64,000 nucleotides of DNA from Eledone cirrhosa (Eukaryota), in contig OZ024749.1 of the NCBI GenBank assembly GCA_964016885.1, positions 6,076,001 through 6,140,000 on the forward strand. Direction: 5' to 3'. Below are positions 55,204-64,000 of the stretch, piece by piece (position 1 is the first letter of the stretch; each line of letters opens with the position of its first letter). Both the position numbers and the translations under genes were made by a program. Under the pieces are notes generated by a model that searched no databases, was not told the DNA's origin, and worked only from the letters and a program-made list of their open reading frames with translations.

Positions 55204-55634
55204 CTGCAAAGAAAAACAGAAAATTATAACAATGCCATAAGCCTCCAGTTACCATAGTTCTATTGAAAGACACTGCTTATGATTTTAAATTAATTTAGAA
55301 AATAATTGAGAATTTGGAGTAGTTATTTTTCTCATTATTAAACTGACGTCTGGAATATAATTTAACAAATAAACTGTCATTTGGAATATAATTTAACAAA
55401 GTGTCTTATATAAAATTATGATTGAAAGATTTTCAAATAAATACAAATAATTTAAAACAAAGAGAATTGTGTCATAGAATCAATGGCAGTTTTAGGTCAT
55501 CAGGTATCAAAAAGAGCAAGAATTTAAATAGAGATCTAATGATATTAGAGTTTGAATAGCAAAACTTCAAAATTTGAGTCATAGGTTTAAATCCTGAACT
55601 TGTAGCCTAGCCTCATCCTAGCCTAATCCCATCC

Positions 55635-55965
55635 TCATATGTGAGGGTTGGGGGTCATGGACTTATGGACCAGCACTCTCCATCTTTTCCTGTCTCTTAC
55701 CATTGTTTTACATTCCACCAAACTCCTTTCCTGTCCATTCCTTAATATCATCTGTCCATCTCCTTTTCTGCCCTCCTCTGGCCTTGTTTCCCTGTATCCA
55801 TCCCTCAAGGATGTGGGTAGTGAAATTGTGGGCCCTGATGACATGACCAAAATACTGAAGTTACTGTTTCAACCAACTGTCGATTGGCACCAATCTCTTC
55901 CAAGTCAGATTCATTTGTTCTGTGAGCTGTCCAGCTAATTCTAAGTGCACGCCTATAGCACTTAG
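55635..55965 (-). mobile_element. RTE/BovB-type LINE 3' fragment
   Basis: LQYFGHVIR..ILEG..G..ARG..KRRWTDDIKEW and RDRKRWR motifs across frameshifts. Confidence 0.8.
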
Positions 55966-56280
55966 TTGTTTCAAGTCAGTTGCCTTTAAAGTCAATAACT
56001 CACAAACATAGTTTGGTTTAAATAAACGCTGTAAATAGGTGCACTATCAAAAATGTTGATGTGGCATTGATAACAAATTCTCAGAAGAGCTGGTCAGCAG
56101 AAACTCTTCAGAGACGATGCCTCTCTCAAGCAAGGGTTTCAGCCCTTAACCAAAACCAAACTATTAACATAGAAAGAAGGACAGACACTACAGAGAAATG
56201 AATTCTCTTCTTTGAATATGTATGTGGAAATTAACTTTTCTTCCCCTTTTTTATTATTAGTATTATTATTATTATTATTA

Positions 56281-56470
56281 GGGCGGTGAATTGGCAGCAT
56301 CGGTAGAGGGTCGGACGTCATGCTTTGATGCATAGAGTTACGGCCCTTTCCATTCTGAGTTCAAATCCTGCCGAGGTTGACTTTGCCTTTCATCCTTACG
56401 GGGTCGATAAAATAAAGTACCAGTAATGTACTGGGTAATTGCTGGCCTTGTGCCAAAACTAGAAACATTA
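56281..56470 (+). mobile_element. SINE family 2, full length, in (TTA)n
   Basis: tggcagcatcgg A-box-like, gagttcaaatcc B box, central domain, (TTA)n flanks; inverted relative at 59035-59215. Confidence 0.85.
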
Positions 56471-56710
56471 TTTTTATTATTATTATTATTTGTATAAATA
56501 TGCAACTTAACAATATTATGCATATTCACAATTGACAATGCATATAATGCTGAAACTGGTATATTAAATGCAGAAATATCCACATTGTAAATAAATTAAT
56601 GTTGGGATATTTCACTGAAATAATCTCTTCAGCATTTTCTACTGAAAAAATATTTTTCCTTTCTATTATTTGTTTTTATATATATCAACTCATGTGTTAC
56701 TTTTGTACAT

Positions 56711-56757
<47 letters not shown>

Positions 56758-56759
56758 TA

Positions 56760-57381
56760 CTCGAGAGAAGGCTACGTTGGTATGGACACGTGATGCGCAT
56801 GAAAGTCGATAGCTGTATAACAAAGTGCAGGGCAATAAAGATAGACGGTAGCCACGGAATAGGCAGACCTAGAAAAACCTGGGACGAGCTGATAAACTCC
56901 GACCTCACACACTTACACCTCTCCAAGACAATGCCACTGGGCCGAGACCTTTGGCGGTACTCAGTAACAGAGAAGACCCGCCTTACCTAAATACATAGTA
57001 AAACCTACTACAGTCAGTAGGCATCTCTAACAAAATAACCCCCGTCCCACCACCCCCACCCCATCCACACCGCCCCTTCTATGTAAAGTTATGTTGGTGC
57101 CACACCATCCAGGCCGAAACAAATGAGATTGTGTAGGTGTCACGACAAAAAAACACACAGTCCACGCTGTAATGTGGCCGTGTAGCAACACGGTAAAAAC
57201 CTCCCAGACCCACACTGTAAATGTGGTTGGTGTTAGGAAGGGCATCCAACTGTAGAAAACCTGCCAGACAGTCCTATGCGAGCAAGACAATCACTCTTGC
57301 CTCAAGTGGGAAAACCCCCGTCCAAACACATGCAAGCGTGGAACACGGACGTTAAACGTTGATGATGATGATGATGATGAT
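56760..57381 (+). mobile_element. RTE LINE 3' end with complete 3'UTR and (GAT)n tail
   Basis: ERRLRWYGHVMR..GRPRKTW..EKTRLT* (stop 56990) then UTR. Confidence 0.9.
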
Positions 57382-57396
57382 ATATATATATATATA

Positions 57397-57796
57397 TTTT
57401 GAGTATATGTTGGTTGTATACCAACACCTCAGTATGCAGATTGGAACACTCGACAAAGTGCGCAGGTTGGTTTGGTTACTCCGGAGTAATGTAAATAAAA
57501 TAAAATAAAATAAATAAGTCAAATGTTTAAAATTTGGCTTCGTTTATTACTGCTATATATATTTCGGTGACAGCCATCTTTGGCTGTGACCTCTTCAGAC
57601 AGTCCGAATTAGTGTGGTAGAGACGAGTACACATGTTGTTGAGGTGTTTAACTTTGTCAATTCTCTGATATACCCACTAACACACTAATTTGGACTGCCT
57701 GAAGAGGTCACAGCCAAAGATGGCTGTCACCAAAATATATATATAGCAGTAATAAATGAAGCCAAATTTTAAAAATTTAACTTATTTATTTTATTT

Positions 57797-57802
<6 letters not shown>
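57397..57802. mobile_element. Fold-back hammerhead element, family C, long-loop copy
   Basis: Minus hammerhead 57549-57603 with intact core; plus copy 57694-57750 with G12A; tail matches 1754-1848. Confidence 0.85.
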
Positions 57803-57851
<49 letters not shown>

Positions 57852-58045
57852 ATGTAGAAAAGTAACACATGAGTTGATATATATAAAAACAAATAATAGA
57901 AAGGAAAAATATTTTTTCAGTAGAAAATGCTGAAGAGATTCTTTCAGTGTAATATCCCAAAAATTAATTTATTTACAATGTGGATATTTCTGCATTTAAT
58001 ATACCGGTTTCAGATTCAGAGCCTAATAATATCATATATATATAT

Positions 58046-58831
58046 ACTAGCAGCTGAGCCCGGGTGCACCAGGAGCCACTTTTTATTAAGTTAATAATTT
58101 GAAAAATATTATTGAAAGTTTATTATAAAGAATCAGTTTCAGGTAAAAAAAATAGAAATATGCACTTGGGCTGGACTTGGGGCTGGAGCGACGTGAAAAG
58201 CATTGTTTATTAACAGCGAAATAGTAATGTCGATGATATGCAATTTGAAAAATACAACTTAGTGGTGGTTAACATGTATTAGAATTAAAATAAAAACACG
58301 CGTCTCTTCTTCGCAATTTAAGGTTTTTTTTTCTTTTGATGGAAAACAGTGACCGTACTGCAGAATCGATTTAATAAAACAGGACTGTATGATCGTTAAA
58401 TGTAGAAGGATGATAGTTTATAACAGCGAAATAGCAATGTCGATGATATGCAACTTTAAAAATGAATATTATGTAGGTTTGTATGATAGTTTACAGTTTT
58501 TCTTGAAACTGCTTCTCTATAATAAACTTTCAATAATATTTTTCAAATTATTGGTACTGTATGTTAACAGCGAAAGAACGTTGATGAGTTTAAAAATTTG
58601 TATGAAATTGTAAATAACTCAGCCAAGTATTAGAACAGGGGGAAATAACTCACTGAACGGGATAGTAAATAGACCGTTTGGGGGTCCTAGGGACCACATT
58701 TTTCAATTTGCTTCCTTGGCACTTTTTACATAGGTGTGTAAATGTTCATGTCCGTCCGACCACGTCTACTACCATTTAACCGTGCACATCTGAATTTCAA
58801 CCACCACCCATTTCACAAATATATATTAGAT
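58046..58831 (+). mobile_element. Non-autonomous Helitron/Helentron (HINE/DINE-like) element
   Basis: Starts actagcagctgagcccggg, ends atatatattagat; internal direct and inverted repeats. Confidence 0.55.
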
Positions 58832-59502
58832 GATATTATTAGGCTCTGAAAATAAAGTACCAGTAATGCACTGGGTAATTGCTGGCCTTGTGCCTAAAGT
58901 AGAAACAATTATTAGGCTCTGAATCTTAATTTTATTAACTCTTTCATAGAACCAAGCTCAGTTTAAGTTGGACACTCTGTATGTCTGTATCTATACTTGT
59001 GTAGAGATATGTATACTTCTCCATTTAATATATAATTGTTTCTATTTTGGGCACAAGGCCAGCATTTACCCAGTAGATTACTGATACTTTATTTTATCGA
59101 CCCCCGTAAGGATGAAAGGCAAAGTTAACCTCGGTAGGATTTGAACTCAGAACGTAAAGGGACGTAATCCTATGCTGCAAAGCATGGCGTGCAACCCTCT
59201 ACTGATACTGCCAATGGTAGAGTGAAAATTTGGCCGTATCCTACTACTTGTAGCAGCATGTGCCTGCCACCGTCTGCTTACTACCCTCTTACTGGTCAGT
59301 TGTCATGTGACAGTCAATTCATTGGAAATCTTCACTGACAACGAACACCTGGGATTTCTTGTCTTGAATTTTACTTCTGGACAGAGAAAATCTCGTGATA
59401 TTCTACTTAGACTTACGTTATTTTCCTAATGAAACTGCAGCAGGGACATTAAAGTGACTAAGTAAATATTTTTTTTCTTAACTTGTTTGCTTTTTCCATT
59501 TT

Positions 59503-59576
<74 letters not shown>

Positions 59577-59584
59577 TGTATATA

Positions 59585-59922
59585 TCAGACCCGGGTGATG
59601 TGTTGTTTCCTTGAGCAAGACACTTTATTTCACATTGCTCCAGTTTACTCAGCTGTAGAAATAAGATGATAAGGACTGGGCTCCCTATCATTCCACTGTA
59701 AATTGGTCGTGGAGGTGCCACGGCAAAAAAGCACCCATCCCACAGTGTAAAGTGGACGTCTAGGCGCCACGGAAAGAAAGAAAGCACGCAGCACTCACTG
59801 TAAATGAGGTTGGTGTTAGGAAGGGCATCCAGCTGTAGAAATCAAGCCAGAATCAGTTCCCGTCCCACCCTTGCAAGCAGGGAAAACGCGGACGTAAAAA
59901 AAATGATGATGAAATGATGATG

Positions 59923-59928
<6 letters not shown>
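59585..59928 (+). mobile_element. SINE family 1, 5'-truncated
   Basis: Matches 11812-12097. Confidence 0.85.
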
Positions 59929-59971
<43 letters not shown>

Positions 59972-59975
<4 letters not shown>

Positions 59976-60191
59976 TTTATGAATTTGTTTAGCAGGATTC
60001 TTTATCTGAAAACGTGTGTTGAAACCGATATTGTTCTACTTTGGGAGGGTCATGTTGCCAATAAGAAACACACGCACCAGTTGCTTTCACTTCAATTTAT
60101 TATAATAAATTTATAAATTTATTATAATAAATTGAAGTGAAAGCAACTGGTGCGTGTGTTTCTTATTGGCAACATGACCCTCCCAAAGTAG

Positions 60192-60199
<8 letters not shown>
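59972..60199. mobile_element. Fold-back element, family I: perfect 172-bp palindrome 60028-60199 plus tail
   Basis: Apex between 60113 and 60114; (TA)n flanks. Confidence 0.9.
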
Positions 60200-60226
<27 letters not shown>

Positions 60227-60353
60227 GGAGTTGGGACCCCGATTGCTGAGCTCCTGCCATTGCAACAGCTAGTTCCGAACACACACATATATATATACAG
60301 TCACACACACACACATATATATATACAGTCACACACACACACATATATATATA

Positions 60354-61243
60354 CAGGGTGAGGATGATAAATGTTTTCAAGATTACTGTCTATGAAAAAA
60401 TAACACAGTTGTTTAATTTTTTAAGATATATTTATCAAACTTGGGTCAGTTTGTCTTCATGACTTGTTCTTTCAATCTCACTCGATAAACCCATTGGCTT
60501 TGATGAAGGCCTCAAGGCGGCCTCGGAACCAGCTACAGGCCTTCATCACTGTCCCCCGACTTAAGCCCCTAAAGGCACTTGTGATCCTAGCCTTCAGATT
60601 GTCTTTCGTATTGCAGCTAGATCTGTTGGTGTCTCGTTCCACTGCGCCCCATGCAAAGAAGTTGAGGGGGTTGCAGTCAGGCGAGCTGGGAGGCCGGATG
60701 TCAGGTGAAGTGTGGTCGACAAAGTTCTCTGACAGCCAGGCTTGGGTCTTTCGGCTGGTATGGCAGGGCGCTGAGTCTTGCTGCTACACGTACGGCCTAC
60801 CTGCAGCTACCTGGTCGATCCAGGTCTTTACTACCTCGCTCAGAACGCGGATGTAGCCATCGGTGTTCAGCTTAAGACTTTCAGGGAAGAAGTGAGGTGG
60901 CATGACATCACCTTGACTGCTGACAACACCTAAGACCAATTTTGTCGCTGGAAACTTTGTCTGCATGACTCTGGGCACATCTTTGGATGAGACAGCGAGC
61001 CACCTGTTGTTCTAGGAGTTGATCTTCTGGTCCTTATCTGTCCTCCCGGCGCGGATTCCAAGAAACACTCCGTGTCTCTTCCACAAATTTGGAGGTTCAA
61101 AATTATTCATAATCAATTATTCTGAACATAAATAATGGAAATATAGTCACTGTTTTTATGAAGACAAGAGTGACAATGGAAGTAAAAAGAATTTGCATAA
61201 AATTAGCAGTTGAAAATTGCGAACAAATATCGTCCACACCCTG
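60354..61243 (-). mobile_element. Tc1/mariner DD37D (maT-type) transposon, internally deleted
   Basis: TIRs cagggtgaggatgata / tatcgtccacaccctg with TA TSD. Confidence 0.9.
60478..61031 (-). pseudogene. DD37D transposase catalytic domain remnant
   Basis: QQDSAPCH...PPSSPDCNPLNF: 37 residues between D2 and the D3 position (now N); two in-frame stops. Confidence 0.88.
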
Positions 61244-61903
61244 TATATATATACACATATATATGTGTGTACAAACATACACACCCTGATTCACAATCAA
61301 TAAGTTGATTTGCTTTCAAATATCTCATTTTCTATTATAATTCATAATATTATTTTTCTTGTTAATTTTTTTTCTTGTCTTGGAATTTTTAATTTTCTAT
61401 CATATCATTTCTTGTAGGAGAAGGCAAAAGAGAAGAGAGGGGAGTCCTACATGTTTACGATTCCGTGGAAATCTACCAAAGTTTACAGAAGAAAAGAACA
61501 AAGAGATGAGAAGGGAGAAGAGAGCAGAGGATATACTGAATGGTGCGGGAGAGCTGAATTTAATAAGATGAGAGGGGAAAATAGATCCCATGACTTTGAA
61601 AAGAAATATTCTATAATGTATTAATAAATCACCTGCTAATCTAATTAATGTAATATATGGTGGAGTGCTGGTTGGTAGCAGTTGGGTTAGGTATATGGCT
61701 TCCAGCCTTTACATATTCTTATTATTAGGCAGATATATCTATAGATATATATTAATCAATGTTTCTGGTTGCCATTGTTATTGTTGTTGGTTGTGTGTTG
61801 TTGGTGTTGGTTGTGTGTTGTGTGATTCTTTTTTTGTGTTCTTTTTTTTTTTATTAAATCAGCATTGATAAGGTCATTTTCTTCTAAATGATTATTAAAT
61901 TGG

Positions 61904-61970
<67 letters not shown>

Positions 61971-62002
61971 TATATATACACATGAACCCACACATACACA
62001 CA

Positions 62003-62047
<45 letters not shown>

Positions 62048-62454
62048 TAGTTATTGCTCGCACCAACCTGAGGTATCTGATTTTTAATGCGATGAAATAC
62101 CAATGATGGTTGGAAAATCACTGACGAAGGACTATTTTTATCATATATGTAACCCATGTGCAAACCACGCAGTATTCTTCTTTCTTCTCATGTTTTTTAT
62201 ATATATATATATATACATGCATATAATCGTCACAATTTAATGTTGCATTCTCCATGCTAGCATAGGTTAAACAAGTTGTTCCTTTGTAAGACAAGATCAG
62301 GTGATTGTGTCTTGCTCATACAGAAGTAATTTTGACTTGGTTTCTACGGCTGGATGCCCTTCTTAATGGCAACCTCATTTAGGGTGAGTACTGAGTGCTT
62401 ATTTTCATGTCACCTAGACAACCACTTTACAATGTGGGCTGTGTGCTTTCCAAT

Positions 62455-63090
62455 GCAGATGGGTTCTATAGAAGTGGTTGATAGCTTCTGGTACCTAGGT
62501 GATCAGAATAGCATGGGAGGGGGGGGGTCCGAGGCCATAGTATCTAGAATAAGGATGTGTTGGAAAAAATTTAGGTAGCTGCTTCCTCAGTTGACAAAGA
62601 AGGGTTTCTCCCTGCATACGAAAGGACGGTTATATGATGCCTGTGTGAGATGTGCGATGCTGCATGGTAGTGAGAGTAGGGCAGCAACTGCAGAGGATAT
62701 GCAATGGCTGGAGAGAAATGAAGCAAGCATGCTCCATTGTATGTGCAATGTCAATGTGCGTGAACGACCAAGCATAGACAAGTTGAGAAAGAAACTGAGT
62801 ATAAGAGGGATAAGTTGTGGTGTCCAGGAGAGAAGACTGAGATGATATGGACATCTGATGCACATGGAGGATGACCGCTGGGTAAAGAAGTGTCAATAAA
62901 TCCCAGTAGAAGGAAGACGCAGTAGAGGTAGACCACGAAAAACATGGGTGGAGGTGGTGAGATCTGACCTCAGATCGCTGAAACTCACGGAGGAGATAAC
63001 GAAGGACAGTGACAAGTGGAGAGATGCTGTGCTGAATAGGACCCGTCCCACCCTTGCAAGCAGGGAAAAGCAGACATAAAATGATGATGA
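62455..63090 (+). mobile_element. RTE LINE 3' fragment whose tail is shared with SINE family 1
   Basis: VDSFWYLGD, KGRLYDACVR, GRPRKTW; ends cccgtcccacccttgcaagcagggaaaagcagacataaaa(tga)n. Confidence 0.9.
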
Positions 63091-63117
63091 TACATATATA
63101 TATATATATATATATAT

Positions 63118-63290
63118 CATGTTTAATATAGAAAATGCTTCTAAAGGACTAGAACTGTTTCATTCAAAAGAAATCATCAGGAAACGCTTTCCTGATGACT
63201 TCTTTTGAATGAAACAGTGCTAGCGCTGTAGAAGCCATTTCTATATTAAACATGATGTTTACACTCTACTAATATATTGAGTACCTTACG
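63118..63290. mobile_element. Fold-back hammerhead element, family D (plus hammerhead 63186-63235)
   Basis: gctttc-CTGATGA-cttcttttgaat-GAAA-cag tgctagcg ctg-TA-gaagc and mirror copy; tail matches 1935-1961. Confidence 0.85.
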
Positions 63291-63299
63291 TACCAGTTT

Positions 63300-63515
63300 C
63301 ATGGCGTGAAGCGACTGAGAGGACAAGACTCCCCCCTCAACAGGATGCTAGTCCATCGCAGGATAAAACCCCCAGCTATTACTGGTACTCATTTTCAGCT
63401 GAGTATACTGGAACAACGTGAAATGAAGGGATTTGCTGAAAAACACATCACGCAACTCAGGAATCGAACCCACAACATTATGATCATAAGTCCAACACCC
63501 TTACTACTATGCCAT
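63300..63515 (-). mobile_element. tRNA-derived SINE, third family
   Basis: Minus strand tggcatagtagtaag..gggttcgattcc head; ggatgctagtccatcgcagg block on the plus strand. Confidence 0.65.
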
Positions 63516-63657
63516 TTTCCTCAACACACACACACATGCATATATATATATGGTGTTAGGAAGGGCATCCAGCTGTAGAATTCAAGCCAGAATCAGTTCC
63601 CGTCCCACCCTTGCAAGCAGGGAAAAGTGGATGTAAAATGAAATGATGATGATGATG

Positions 63658-63891
<234 letters not shown>

Positions 63892-63897
63892 ATTAAT

Positions 63898-64000
63898 GGA
63901 GGCACATGGCTTAGTGGTTAGAGCATTGGCCTTGCAATCGAAAGGTTGTGAGTTCAATTCTCAGACCGGGTGATGTGTTGTTTCCTTGAGCAAGACACTT
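63898..64000 (+). mobile_element. SINE family 1 head (runs off window)
   Basis: A/B boxes as at 11812. Confidence 0.88.

Noticed and set aside
60464-60856. 130-aa plus-strand ORF
   Set aside because: Antisense shadow of the DD37D transposase remnant

Overview
AT-rich, repeat-saturated animal DNA. The (TA)n microsatellite load and the SINE/RTE repertoire suggest an octopus or other coleoid cephalopod (inference). Only one host exon is supportable: a 107-nt minus-strand exon at 55097-55203 resembling the ciliary gene CCDC39. The rest is intron-like or intergenic. It holds an uninterrupted 1130-aa R4/Dong-clade RT+RLE retrotransposon next to a (TAA)n tract, a decayed Penelope-like element (RT + GIY-YIG), RTE LINE fragments with SINEs sharing their 3' tail, a DD37D (maT) Tc1/mariner relic, several MITEs, a Helentron/HINE-like element and large satellites. 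Nearly all long ORFs in the track are microsatellite artefacts. The most striking hidden structure is a dense set of about 20 type-I hammerhead ribozyme motifs from roughly ten unrelated sequence families. Most sit in short fold-back elements: two oppositely oriented ribozymes pointing away from a hairpin apex, plus a one-sided tail, inserted in (TA)n. One family is homologous to the inverted termini of the Penelope-like element, which links the hairpins to PLE retrotransposition. Ribozyme folds were read by eye and their activity is untested.
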